Source: Anolis carolinensis
Taxonomy: Eukaryota
Direction: 5' to 3'
Length of the DNA: 64,000 nucleotides
Assembly: GCF_035594765.1 (NCBI RefSeq)
Contig: NC_085843.1
Span: 206,809,971-206,873,970 of the forward strand
In this document: piece by piece, positions 37,701 to 52,300 of the stretch
How the letters are laid out: each line of letters begins with the position of its first letter
How positions within the stretch are numbered: the first letter of the stretch is position 1
Translations under genes and position numbers: made by a program
The notes under the pieces: generated by a model
What the model was told of the DNA's origin: nothing
Databases searched by the model: none
Seen by the model: only the letters and a program-made list of their open reading frames with translations

Positions 37701-40700
37701 ACTTTACACTATATATTTAAGCAATAGTTACCATGCATTATGATATCCAGAATCAGCCAAAATGTTTTATTGCTTTACACAAGGATTATATAGGGCCAAT
37801 TCTCAGTTCCATAGACTTGTAGCTTATTATCTTCCATTGTACCTGATACTGTGGTTATATTGGAATACACAGTTATACCTCTAGGAAAAGAGAACATTGG
37901 GAAGATAATACTATTGTCCGCTGCTATTTACTGCTGTTTATTTTAACTCAGTTCAATACCTTTTATAGTATTTCCATTTATTGATGATTTTAAATTTTCA
38001 TCAGAATCTATAATTAGATTATATCTATTTAAGAATATTTACCTCATTCCTTCTGCTTTAAGATGGTAAACTAATGAAGACTGATAGCACACCCATGGAT
38101 TACATTCTTATACACACTCAGAAAAACTAAATAATTTTTAGCAGTTACACTACTCTTCTGTTACGTTTTAAGGCTACTTCATCTAGGATTTACATAGCTT
38201 GTAAGTCATGTCTCGTCACAGCCAACAAAATGTACAGTGTATATTTCTAACAGGTAGCAAAGCTGGTATAATTATTGTTAACTTGTTATGTACTGAAATT
38301 GTTGTTTAAATAGTGAGTTACTGTGCTGTATACAATGTGATTCAACCTAGATTATTATATTACTTATATTGTGGTTTCCCAATACCAGTGAAAGTTTTCC
38401 TAGGCAAAGTTCTGCTTTGGTCAGTGAAGAGCAGACACTCTTGTTTTTACAACTACAGCACTGGAACAGAGTTGGGTGGGCATAATAGAGTGGGAAGGGA
38501 GGAATTGGTGAAGATCAGCTCTGTCTTTGTTGCATTAGCGCAGTGGTTCCCAACCTTTGGTCTTCCAGTTGTTTTGGGCTTTAAATCCCAGATATCCCAG
38601 CCAACTTACCAGCTGTTAGGAATTTTGGGAGCTGAAGTTCAAAATACTTACAAAACCAAATGTTGGGAACCACTGCATTAGTAGATGTGGAGTCTCCATG
38701 AACAGAATGAGCCCAGTGAATATATACTCTGCATTTAAAACAGCAACAAAAACCAGTCTCTTCTGGCAGTCCTGTCCAGATGATTTTTAAATTATGAAAT
38801 TTAAATTTATTACTGATTGCTTATAATTCCATTAATTGTATATGTTCTTTTAATTTAATGTTTTAGCTAGTGTATGTGTTAAGTGTTTTTCACTGATGGT
38901 TCATGTTGTGTTTTAATATGTTGTTCTTCTCTATCTCGAAGCATGGGAGGGAAGTAGATTAGAAGTTCTTGTTATTATCATTATTGATGAGTGGTAGATT
39001 TTGAATCAAAACCACTATCTCTCTGTAGTTTGACATTGAGTTAATCAGTCTTGAAGCTACCCCCACTACCTTGTCATTACTGGTTTACTGCTTACACTAA
39101 ATAATCTGAAATAGCAAGGTAGCCTTTTCAGAATGCTGGGCTTTCAGCATTATATATTTTACCTAACTGGTTTTGACAAAAAGTCTGCCTTGAAAACATT
39201 TATGATGGAAATACGAATTTTAACAAATTTGAAGCCTACTATTTAAAAGACTGTTAATATCTATTAAATCTTCCAAAGAAACAGACATGTATCTCTTTAA
39301 ATACTGTTGAAGTGAAGGCAGTGCCAAAAACTTAATATAATACAGGATATGTTTTTTAAATGCGGATTGAAGAATCATTTTATTTTCAATTCAAGTTTGC
39401 TACGTTCATCAAAAGGCAGCCACTGAAGGTAAGAAGCACAAATAATCTCAATGGTGTGTTTTGAGAGAAGTTTGTTACTCTTTTCAGTTTGCTTCTAGAT
39501 ATAGATTCAGTGGTTTATTTTAGCAATTGATAATTATGGTGTTGTACTTTTCACTCTTAAGGGGATGTTGATCCGAAAGAAAGGATTGCAAGACAAAGGA
39601 AACTACTTCAAAAGAAGCTTGGTCTTGATATGGGAGCTGCAATTGGAATGAATACAGAAGACCTCTTCAATGATGAGGATTTGGACTACATTCCTGCGTC
39701 ATCATTTCTTGTACACAAACAGCCGGTAGATAAAACTTTAGGCTGCTTGACTATAGAGGCTTTTGTAAAGCGTTTTCACTTCAGTTATAATCACTTATAA
39801 TCACTTCAGTTTTTATGAAGATAAAATATATCAAAATATAAATATCTGTGGTATATTGTAAAAATAGTTTCTATAATAAGCACTGAGCAATTTCTGACTG
39901 TTTTAAAGCTGCAGTTGGATAGGGTCACTTGGATAACTGTGATTGGATAAGCCACTTCTGCTTTCACATAGGTAGTTTCTGATTTCCAGTTATTGCTCCT
40001 TCCAACTACAGCCATATATGCTGTATTTTACTGTCTTCCAGAAAGTTTTTGACACTTGCAAAGCTTTTGGCTGGAAGTAGGAGATGCTGTTTTACACAAA
40101 TAGAACTCTAGCTTTGTTTATTTTGATTGAAAACAGGCTAGCCACTAAATCTTTGCGTCTTTTCAGACTCTTCAGGCTGCTGAGTTGATTGATTCAGAAT
40201 TTCGAGCTGGTATGAGTAGCAGACAAAAGAATAAGGCTAAAAGAATGGCCAAGTTGTTTGCAAAGCAGAGATCAAGAGATGCAGTAGAAACAAATGACAA
40301 GAGGTACTGTCACAGATGAACATTATTTGATTCATTGATTGAATACATGCTGATAAGTTACAAGAATAACAAATAGGATGAAATACAAATGGCACATTTC
40401 CATCTCTTTCCAAAACTCTGTGGTGCGTTTTTTTCAGTTAGCTAGAGAAAATGGTACCATACCAAATGACTCTATTGGAAGGCTTGATAAAACTTCAAAG
40501 TACACAGAAGTGCAAAAAAAGTAAAGGACAAAAAGTAATCCTGCAATCTCATTCTCGTTTTACCCCTTTGAGCAGCCATAGGAAAACGACAGATGGTGAG
40601 GGAACTGAAGAGGAAAGATTCCTGGCTGAAAGTACTTTATATGTACAACATTTTGTTGTAGGCACTATCTGAGCCTGAAAAGCAATCTCATCAGTTCCAT

Positions 40701-43700
40701 TTCAGTACTCCAGAAATATGTTTGTCTGTCTATCTGTCTATTTATCTATCTATATTGCACATTATGTTATGTGCTTACAAGCCTTTTCTGACTTATAGCT
40801 ACCCCAGCATAAAGGTATCACACGAGTTTCTGAGCAAAATGTTTTCCTCTGAGGCTAAGAGAGTGTGACTTGTCCGAGGTCACACAGGGCATTCCCGTAG
40901 CTGAGCAGATATTCAAACCCTATTCTCCCAGGTTCCTAATAAAATCACATTCTCTCTTTTCATTGTATATTATTCCACTATGTTTTCATAACTGAAAAAA
41001 AATCTTAAGAAAGTGTTCAATCTGCAAATAATAATTCTGTCTTTTCACTAGAATTTGGATTTTTTTCCGACAACGGAGTGTCACAAAATAATATAATGCC
41101 AGATTATAACCAGTTTTCTTTCTCTGTATTTTCAAAATGTTCTGATTTTTATCATTAAATATGATAATTACCCTCATGTATTCAAAGAAAGTACTGCATA
41201 ATTAAACAGGAAATAACACTTTCAAACCAGGAATAAAAAATTGGTTCCATAGTGTTAAGATCACAGGCTTACATTTTGTCACAGATGTTACTCTGGTGTC
41301 AATCGAGATGGTTTTGAGAGATTTCTGTATACCTACCGTGTATTATCTAGTTAATAAATGTTTTGTTAAGTGGTGTTACGTGACACTTCACAAATACTTA
41401 AATGTTTTTTTAGCAATGATAGCACTGATGGAGAACCAGAAGAAAAGAGGAGAAAAATTGGAAATGTTATCCTCAGTCAACCAGCATCTGACACCAAACT
41501 CTTGGTAGAGAATATTCCAGAAGAGGTACAGAATACATTAATAACAAATTCAAGTGACATCAAAAACTCACTGCATTAATAAACTAAGGTCTGAATCAAA
41601 TTATTAGTTCCAACTAGAATAGCTCATTGAATCAGTGAAATTTGCATTAAGTGTGAACATAGCAAATTCCCTTGACTCAGTGGTTCGACTGTAGTTAGGA
41701 CTAGCAGTTGGTAGTGAGACATTAATAGCTTGGACTTACAGTAACTAAACCCAACAATCAGTTGTACAGCTTTCTCCCATTGAGGGTAATAGGACTTGAG
41801 TAATGTGATTGTAGCATTCTAGAAGCTTGCAGCAGCGAAACTGGTCAAGGCTTCAGGATGATGTGGAAAGTGATACTTTCCTGCCCTTCTGGACTTGTTC
41901 TGTGTAAAACAGTGGTTCTCAACGTGTCGGTCCCCAGGAATTTTGTCTTGCAACTCCCAGAAATTCCAGCCAGTTTACCAGCTGTTAGGATTTCTGGGAG
42001 TTGAAGGCCAAAACATCTGGGGACCCACAGGTTGAGAACAACTGGTGTAAAAGGATGGAGAGGTGACTTAAGTGAAGAAAGCAATTTTTTACAATCTGCT
42101 TATTGTGATTTTTCTTAGCAACCAGTTAACGAGACTCAATTTTCTTTCAAATGTTCACAAGGAAAAGTTAGAGGAGCTGAGTGTTTGCCAAGGTGGATTA
42201 AGGGAGATTGCCTGTTACCTATCTAAAATAGCTAACATTAACCGAATCATACTCTTTGAGAAAATGCAGTCTTAATCTTGAATTACTTGACCATGCAAGC
42301 AACTTCTATGAAACACTGAAAGAAATTGATTACTGGAACAATTGCTTAGAATTACTTTTTTTCAAAAGTACTTTTGGTAATTGCATCCTTCAGTGCACAC
42401 TAGAATAGACATCTCAAAGATGCGATGAAATTGCTTAAGAAGCTCAGTTGTTAAGGATTTCTTTTGCAGTTGCCCACAACTGTAGTTTAATACACCTGTC
42501 AGAATCAGTGGAATTTAAATGTGCAAAAATGAAACATGGGGTTACATGTTTCATGTTGCTTTGGTGATAGGTACATCAGATTAACAAATAACAGTTTTTG
42601 AGCACTTTCAATAAAATACTAAATTTCTATAATTTAAAACTGATAGGTACTATCCAGAGTCTTTCAAAGAAAGAAGAGACCCCTAGAAAGATGCCAAGAG
42701 TAGTACAAAGAAGGTGCAGAGTTCAGAAGTCAAACGCTCAATAAAAGATACATACATGTATTAGAATACTGTTTTAGTGTTTTCTAAGGAAGCAGATATA
42801 CTGATTTAAAGGCTGAAAAGGACAAGAAGGAGTTGAGTTCCAACTAAGAAGAACAGCAGCAAAGAAATGCTAAATTGGTTGCATACATATAGTTACCTTA
42901 GGGCAAGCCAAGGTGAAAATGTCAGTACAGCAAAGAAAAAAAGGAAGAGATTAAAGAGAAAAGGTGAATTTATAAAAAACTAAAAGGTAAAGCCTTGAAC
43001 TCAAATAAGGAAATAGAAGCTACTGAACAGAGCATAGCAGAAGAATGGAGTGGACAAAACTCGAACAGCACAAGGCAGAAGACTTAAATATGAGGGGGAA
43101 ATGTAATTGAGTGGAAGTTCAGTCTCAAAATTTCCCATGAAAAAATGCCATGGATTTCTGATCCACAACAGGATTGATTACATTAGAATTTGACAATTTC
43201 TTCTTTCTAACAAAACTGCCTTAATGTCCTGTAGCTAATTTCATGTGTTTATTCAAAGTGTAGACTAAGGTTTAATGTAGTAAAATGTAATCAAGATGGT
43301 TTATCTTTTACAAAATAATTTGGAAGCTAAGTCTTCATAGCAGTTTTTTTGGGTCTTTTTTAGACAAATGAATGGCCTCTGGAAAGTTTTTGTGAAGAAG
43401 TGTGTAATGATCTCTTTAATCCATCATGGGAGGTAAACATTTCTCTTAACTGTCTTCAGTCATATAGGAGTGAAAGGAATATATTTTTATCAAGATTCTT
43501 GTGGTGTAGTTTTCCAAGCCATCTTTCTGATTTAGTAAGGACACCAGTTTTATTTGCTCAAATAAAAAAATATTACAATTGTGTTGATTCTTTGCACAAA
43601 GATTTAACAATGTATCAGTAAATTGACATGCAAGACCAATAATACCCAATTCAAACATTGCATATACATGTAGTGGGAAAGTTGTATAGGCATCGGTACT

Positions 43701-46700
43701 GTGAGTGCCAAATCTTCCTTCATTAGAAATTTGCTTTACTTTTGGACATTTCCCAGTATGCAGATTACCTCAGCAAGGTTTTAGTTTGCTGCAATATTTG
43801 TAAAATATGTATGTATTTTGGAAAGCTTTTCATTTAATTGGACTTTTAACTACAGTCTCCCTCCACATTTGCGTTTTTGACTTTTACGGTTTTGATTATT
43901 CAAGGATTTGATTTAAAAGTTATTTTCTGGTCATCCAGTCTTTGTTGTTAACTTCCTCCACTCATGCTGTAGGATATAGAGATTTTTAGAGAGAACATCT
44001 CTCTAGGAATCTCTAGATCCTCCAATACAATTCTGTAACCAGCTTCCAGTGGAAATTGACCAAAAAGTTCTGCTGGAAGACCTAGAAATTACTAGAGAGA
44101 TGTTCTATCGGGGGGGGGGGGGGGGGGGACTGGATGTCCCATATGATTTCTTCTAACTCTGATTCTATGTATCTGAACTGCGTTTTAATGGCTTTTCAGA
44201 TTCGGCACGGTGCAGGTATTGGACTGAGAGAAGTACTTAAAGCACATGGAAAAAGTGGAGGTAAAATAGGAGACAGCACTATAGAAGAGGTAAAAATAGT
44301 ATGCAAACCTAGATAAAGTTTAGTCTGCACTGACACATTTAGTTGCAGTGCTGATTGTTCAGCTCCTCTGTGCCTGTGTTTGTGTGTTTAAAATGTGGAC
44401 ACAGATTGCTAAGGGAAGTAGAATACTAGGGAATTCCATCATATGTTAAAATAAGCATTTTTTTTTGCAATATTGTAATTACTTGTTCACACCTCCTGCC
44501 AACCTGTTATCAAACCTAAAATCAAGGACTGTATTTTAGCCGTAAAACATTGTTTTTTTCTTTTTTTAAAATGCTGTCATTTGTTGTTTATTCTCAGGGT
44601 TTTATAACAAGATGGTGGTAGTTACATAAAAAACTTGGCATTGGTCTCACCATGTAATTGAATTAACTGGTAGAAAAAACTATGCTGCTACTTTGATTTC
44701 TGGAATGTATGTTACATTTTAATGTTCTTAATGAATATGGATTTTTAAAAAAACAGCTCTGATGGAAAATAGCAAATAAATGCCTTAACTTAATCGGCTT
44801 TGGTCGCCTTGGTGGATGAACTAGACAGGGGGAGTGTGTCTTTGTTGGTTATCTTGAACATCTCGGCAGTTTTGGATACAATTGACCATGGTATCCTTCT
44901 GTGACAGCTCTCCGGAATGGGTCTTGGGGGCACTGCTTTGCAGTGGTTCCACTCCTTACTGGAGGATCATACCCAGTTGATGAAGCTGGAGGACCCCTGC
45001 TCAAATCCCTGGCCATTGATTGACCTGTGCGATCCCGCAAGGTTCCATTCTATCCTATGCTTTTCAACATCTACATGAAACCGCTGGGTGAGGTCATCCG
45101 GAGTTTTGGCATTCAGTGCCATCTCTATGCAGATGACACTCTATTACTCCTTTCCACCAAATTCCAAGGAAGCCCCCCAATCTTGTACCAGTGCCTGGCC
45201 CCTATGATGGACTGAACGAGGGCTAATAAGATGAAGCTTAATCCAAACAAGACAGAGGTCCTCCTGGTCAGTCATGAGGTTGATCGGGGTATAGGGAGGC
45301 TACCTGTGTTTGACGGGGTTACACTCCCCTTGAGGACACATGTCCACAGTCTGGGGGTCCTCCTTGACTCAGCGCTGACACTTGATGTTCTGGTGTCAGC
45401 GGCGGCCGGAAGGACCGTCGCACAGTTAAAGCTTGTGCGCCAGCTGCGACTGTATCTCAAGACATCTGACTTGGCCATGGTGGTCCATGCCTTAGTTACA
45501 TCCTGACTGGATTACTGCAACGTACTCTACTTGGGGCTGCCTTTGAAGGCAACCTGGAAACTGCAACTGGTGCAAAGGTCACCAGCAAGGTTGCTAGCTG
45601 GAGCTAATTATAGGGAGCAGACAATGCCCCTATCAAAACAGCTCCACTGGTTGCTGATAGATTTCCAGTCCCAATTCAAAGTTCAGGTTATCACCAACAA
45701 AGCCCTAAACGATTTGGGTCCTGCCTACCTTCGCAACCACATTTTCCCCTATGAACCAGCGCAGACTCTTAACATCTGGTGGGGAGGCCCTTCTCTTGCT
45801 CCTGCCACTATCACAAGCACGATTCGTGGGGACGAGAGAGAGGGCCTTCTCGGTAGTGGCCCCCCAGCTTTGAAAGTCCCTCCCCAGGGAGATTAGGCTA
45901 GCACCCACTCTATCTACCTTCCACAGGGATCTCAGAACATGGATGTTCCAATGTGCATTTGATAATGGTTAGGCCCCTGTCCATGAATGCCCGGCCCAAA
46001 TTGATTGTCAGATTGAACTCAGCACTTTACCCCCAGCCCTGGCCCTATAATTCACTTTTTGCACAAGCCCATGCCCAGCCCTCTCTAATTTCTGATCTGC
46101 CCATCGTGTTCCTGGTTCTAGTTATTGAGGTTTGCTTTTAATCATTTTGATGTTGTTTTTATACTCTACTGTTTTAATTGTTTAATTAGATTCTTATTGT
46201 TTATTATGTTTTTAAATGTGTTTTTAGTTGGTTAACTCTGTTCTTACTGGGCTTGATCCCACTTGTAAGCCACCCCGAGTCCCTTCGGGGATATGGTGGC
46301 GAATATAAAAATAAAGTTGTTGTTATTATTATTATTGTTATTAATATTATTATCCTCGTTTTTTTATTGGCTGTTCTTACATGCTAGAAGACTAAAAAAT
46401 AATGCCACCCACCTACAGCCTAAAATGATATTTTACAAACTTTGAATTCTAAATGTTTATTTTCTTGCTGGTATAATACAGTCCCAAGTTGGTGGTTGCT
46501 CTTTATTAGTATTCTTTTAGTGTCTAGGTCATAGAATGGGTGTGTCTTTATCTTGGTTTTATTAATTTAATAACATTTGTTAAAATATTCATTTAGTTCC
46601 ATCAATAAGATGAGGTAACACTTGCAAAATATTTAAACACTTTAGCCAATTATATCTTCTATTGTTTTATCAAATAGATGTTTCAACAGCACCAGGACTG

Positions 46701-49317
46701 GCTGGAAGACTTGGCTATCAGACTTCTTTGTGTATTTGCACTAGACAGATTTGGTGATTTTGTTTCAGATGAAGTAAGTATCAATACTGAAAGTCTGCTG
46801 TGTCTACAGGGGCTTACTTTTGGCTTGTATTTCTACTATTCTGTTTATTGCTGTTATTGTTTTTAATTTTAGGTTGTGGCTCCAGTACGAGAGACATGCG
46901 CGCAGACTTTGGGAGTAGTACTCAAATACATGAATGAAAGCGGAGTTCATAAAACTGTGGCTATCTTGCTGAAATTACTTGCACAAGAGCAGTGGGAAGT
47001 GAGGCATGGTGGTCTGCTGGGGATAAAGTATGCACTGGCAATTCGTCAGGTATGGTTTTAAGTTTTACCAAGATGTCATAGTTCATTCCATTGTTCCAAT
47101 TATATATGGCATTATCCCATTGTGTTGAATCATATGTATGAACGTGTTAACCAAGTAAAACCAGTAGGAAGTCTTTCTTGCCTGATCACAACATTTGGGT
47201 TGCACAAGCTTATTATTTACAATTAGCTCCCCTTATCCACGGGTTCTGTATCCATAGATTTTTTCACCAACTTATTTTGATTTTTTTTAAAATTCCACAT
47301 CCATACTGTAATTCTACATAAGGGACATCATTTATGCTACACCATTGTATGTGTGGTATTCACAAAAGGGGAAAGGGTCCTGAAACAAGCTCTAGTGGAT
47401 AACAAGGGCAGACTAGTTATTTTAGTGATTTCCTCCCCTCCATTTTTCAGTAAATTCTGGAACTTCGTGTTTTTTATATATATTTTTTTAAATTCCAAAC
47501 ATACTTTCCACTAAAGTAGATTTTTGGTAACCAGCCCATTATTAATTTTGGTGTGTTTCCATCCATTTCCTCTAATCACCCACTGGATCAAGTGGGCTGA
47601 AACATTAAAGCTTCTCCCATCCTCTCATGATCCCACATTCTCCTTTTGCAAAGCAGCGACAAAGGGATAGTCATCTCAGTGGAGCTTGCAAGGTGGAATA
47701 GGTGTTAAACACTAACGCCTCTGTGATTCTGAGATCCCACTTTCATATTGTTGCTTATCTCTGGTAGTATCTATGGAAAAACAATAATTCCATTCAGGAT
47801 TGCTGGAATGCAGATGGAAACTTTTTTTTCCCTCTTCCAAGTAATCCCAAAATTTCAATGTACAGGAATAGGGAAGGTAAACTTTCACATCTTGTGTCCG
47901 AAGATACACATATGGAAAATGCATGCTCAATAATGTGATGGGGAGTAAATGTACATATATGTTGAGATGCCAAGCGTGTATGTGCACACCCCAGTGTGTT
48001 TGTGTTCTCTGGTTTCCTGGTACATGCCAGTTGTGAAGAGGTTGTGCATTCCTTGACGAAGCAGTCTCTTGTTTTTAAGAAACCTTACTTTAGATTTGCT
48101 CATTTCACTCAGCTATTTGCTGGTATTATGATAAATTGTATAAAAAGGCCATAGGGTCTACTGTACTCTTAAAAAGTTGACTTTTTCTTTTGATTTTAAG
48201 CCTACTATTTCTTGCTTTTGCAGGACTTAATTGATACTTTATTGCCAAAAGTCTTGCCTGCAATAACAGAAGGACTACAAGATCTAGATGATGACGTTCG
48301 AGCTGTTGCTGCAGCATCTTTAGTACCAGTGGTGGAAAGCCTTGTCCACCTTCAGCCAGAGAAAGTGAGTCAAAGTACATTGGCACTGATGATATAGATA
48401 TACACACACATATATGCATTGTTTGTGTTCTAAATAAAATTACAAGGACTGAAAGTTACTTTGTCTTGTGTCTGTATTTCAATTTTAGGTTCCCTTTATT
48501 CTTAATATATTGTGGGATGCACTCTTAGATCTTGATGACCTCACAGCTTCCACAAATAGCATAATGACTCTTCTGTCATCCCTTTTGACTTACTCTCAGG
48601 TCCAAAAATACAGGTAATCTAGATAGAAGCATTCTTGCCTTTTTCTTTCATAGCAGCTCAATTTTGCTTTTTGCTTGATAGGAAAGCATTCATAGTAGAT
48701 TTGCATGTTTTAGCCTACATATAATACATTTTATGGTAAATTTCAGGCATGTATGGTCTGGAAATGTAGGAGGATTTTAAAAAGGATTAAGGATGCTACG
48801 AAAGGAGCAAGATTTGATGAGGGAAAGGTTACTCAGTTTTTATGCATATATTTTAGTTCCTACTCAGGAAACCTAGCCTGAAATGTTTATGTTAACGACA
48901 AAAGATAAGATGGAATGCAATAAACAGGAGGAAAGGAAAAAGTAGGTGGTAAGATGGCTTTTGCACCTTATGTCTGGCCTTGGTATCCCAAAATAGTTCC
49001 TACTAGACAATAAGATTATAATAAAGTGCTGCTATATTATTATTGTTATTGTTATTGTTATTAGAAACATAATAAGATGAGTCCACAGCAGTCACTCTGC
49101 TGGCTGTTGCGTTGGATCACACGTCGGACACTTCCCAAGTGTCTAGGACTGTGTGATGTATCTGTGAATAATGCGTGCAGATCCCAGTAAGGTGGCCTTC
49201 TGCAACTGGCAGGTGGTAATTTTGTCAGTGCCGATTGTGTTTAAGTGCAGGCCAAGGTCTTTAGGCACTGCACCCAGTGTGCCGATCACCACTGGGACCA
49301 CCTTGACTGGCTTGTGC

Positions 49318-49368
<51 letters not shown>

Positions 49369-52300
49369 TATTTTATCCACCTTTCCTCATGGCTCAAGTT
49401 GAGTTACAACATAGTTAAAAACACATAATCTTTGTATAAAATGCACATATTAAATTGTATTTCTATAAAATACATATTAAAATTCACAGAATAAAACACA
49501 AGAGACGAGTTAAAAATTCGTGATTAAAACTGAGTGGGTAGGCCCTCTGGAAGATATAGGTTTCCAATTGTGTCCAAATTTCTGTTAGCTGATTTAGCTA
49601 TTGGAGCTCTTCCGGCAGGTTGTTCCATAGTCTTGAGGCGACCGATGAAATGGTCCTTTGGGTGACTTACATGAAGGATGCTTCTACATACAGGAAGGAT
49701 TTGCCATCTAGAAAATGGCAACCTACCCCTACTTTTATGATTTTTTTTTCAAGAAAAAGGAACGTCTGACTCAGTAAATAAGAGTAGTACTCTTAAGACA
49801 ACTGCCAAGCTAATTGAAGGAAAGGGAAAAATAAAATGCCTCAGATGTCCGCTGCCCAGCGAAACTCTGAGATGAAAAAAAGTGCCCAGACTGCTGCCCT
49901 GAGGCTGAGAATTGAAAATTATTTTCATTACTTCCAGTGAGAGTGAGGCAGAAGACATTCAGTCAGAAACAGCAAATAGAACCGTCAGAAAAATTTGTAA
50001 CATGGCGGATTGAGGAATATATTTTCCTGGTATGCCTAAGCAACAAAATGTTGCAAGCACACTCTGCCAGTTTAGCAGCCATGTCAACAACCTTCTCAAC
50101 TAACACCTCTCTGGAGGAAATTTGCAGAGCTGTTACTTGGGCACTCCTACTTTTATAAAACACCATAGACTCAACGTATACTCTTCCAAAGCATCAAATG
50201 GCAGCTGGATTACTCAGCGGGTGCTATTAGATTAGTAAATCTTCTTGCCATCTTCCTTCCCATTAATGATCCATTGGGGAACTTAGCATAAAAGTCCATT
50301 CTAGCCAAGGAGAAGGAGCCACATAGGGATATCTTGTAGTGGGAAGACCTTTTTTCTTTCTTGAGATCATTCTTTTTTCTTTTCCTCAGTTGAGAAGGAT
50401 TCAGGGATCCAATTCTGTTTCAGCTAGAATGGATCTTAATTGTAAATTCTCCAATATGCTGATTTGAACAAAATTTGTTAATATAAACCAGTGGTTCCCA
50501 ATCTTCAGGCCTCCAAGTGTTTTGGGCTTCAGCTCCCACACTTTCTAACAGTAAGCTGGCTGGGATTTCTGAGAGTTTGAAATCCAAAACACCTGGAGGC
50601 CCAAATGTTGGGAATCACTGATATAAGCACAATACACTCCAAGTCAGTGGTTCTCAACCATTGAGTCCCCAGATGTTTTGGCCTTCCCAACAGCTGATAA
50701 ACTGGTTGGGATTTCTGGAGTTGTAGGCTCAAACACCTCTGGACCCACAGGTTGAGAACTTTAAATGCTGTAACTGCCTCCTGCAAAATTCTGGGGTTTG
50801 TAGTTTAGGGGAGGGGGGCTTTAAACTGCTCATCCAGAGAAGCTCTGGGCCTCCCTAAACTATAAACCCCAGAATTATGTAGGAGGTAGTTTCAGCATTT
50901 AAAGTGGATCGGCAAAATGCTCGAGTTTGAGGCTCCAAGTCGAGAGTGGTTTATTTAACTTTGTTCTTGTTGTCTCGACATGCTTAAGTTTCTGTATGCC
51001 CAATCAGTTGCATTTTTTTTACTTTCCATTTTTTAATACAATGTGTTTTTCCCCTTTCTCAGTATTGGATTAGTAAATTTTTTTCAAGTGTAGGAAAGTT
51101 AAAAGATCAACAGTATGAGTAAGGTGAGAGAGAACTCGCTTGAAATCTTGGGAGAACCATTGGGCTATGTCTTTTACCTTACGTGCTATAATTTCTTAAT
51201 ATCTATACTTTATGATATATAGAATGCATTTTTCTTAATAAAGCATTAAAATAACATTTTATTTTAAAACATGAATATTAATTGAAAAGCAGTTTAACTT
51301 TTTGTTCATTATTTCTTTCCTTTCCATTGCACACCAGTATTCAGCAGTCTCTTACAGTTCTAGTACCCCGCGTATGGCCATTCCTACATCATACAATATC
51401 CTCTGTTCGAAAAGCAGCATTAGAAACTCTTTTTACCCTCTTGTCTACTCAAGATCAGGTAAGAGTGCTGTTATAGTGAACTTTAAAAGAAAAGAGTTGG
51501 CATATACTTAATTCCAGTTATGCTTAAATCCTATATCCTATGGGATATCCTATAAATCCTTTATTTTTTTCCTTTGAAAGGAGAAAGGCATTTTACAATA
51601 TTACTAAAAATTCACAATACAGGAACATTTCAAAACTCAAAGCAGTATGAAAAAACAATCTTCAGGAAAAAGAGAATGAATGGGGATAGGGCGGAGTGGG
51701 GACAAAGAAAGAGAGAAATAGAGATGGTGTATGTATGTATGAATGTATGTATGTATGTGAAAGACAACAGGATGGAGAAAACAAGGCGGAAGTAGGAACT
51801 AACAGGAGAAAGCAGAGGTTAAAAATTATTTATTTATTTATTATTTTATTTATATACTCTTTTTTCACTCCTGGGGAGTCTCAAAGCGGTTCACAGCAAA
51901 GTAAATGGCAAAATTCACATAAAATATAAAATACATGGCATATCTAAAATAGCATATAACAATATATTAAAACTGTTAAACTGTATACATTGGACATAGT
52001 CAAAAACATAAAACATAGAACATTAGACATTGCATAATCCTGAGGTATCTTGAGACTAATTCATCTCACTCCCTGAATGCTTGCTTGAAAAGCCACATTT
52101 TAAGTTGTTTCCTACACGCCAGGAGGGAGGGGGCTGATCTACTCTCTCTGGGAAGGGAGTTCCACACCCAAGGGGCCACCACCGAGAAGGCCCTGTCTCT
52201 CGTTCCCACCAGTCTCACCTGCAAGGACGACGGGACTTGAGAGCAGGACCTCCTCAGCCGATCTTAATGCTCTAGCTGGCTCATAAAGGGAGATGCCTTC

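Noticed and set aside
44110-44128. Long G/C homopolymers (also near 1577, 5313 and 52356) as G-quadruplex regulators
   Set aside because: Simple homopolymer runs, mostly in or beside decayed repeats, with nothing else supporting a function
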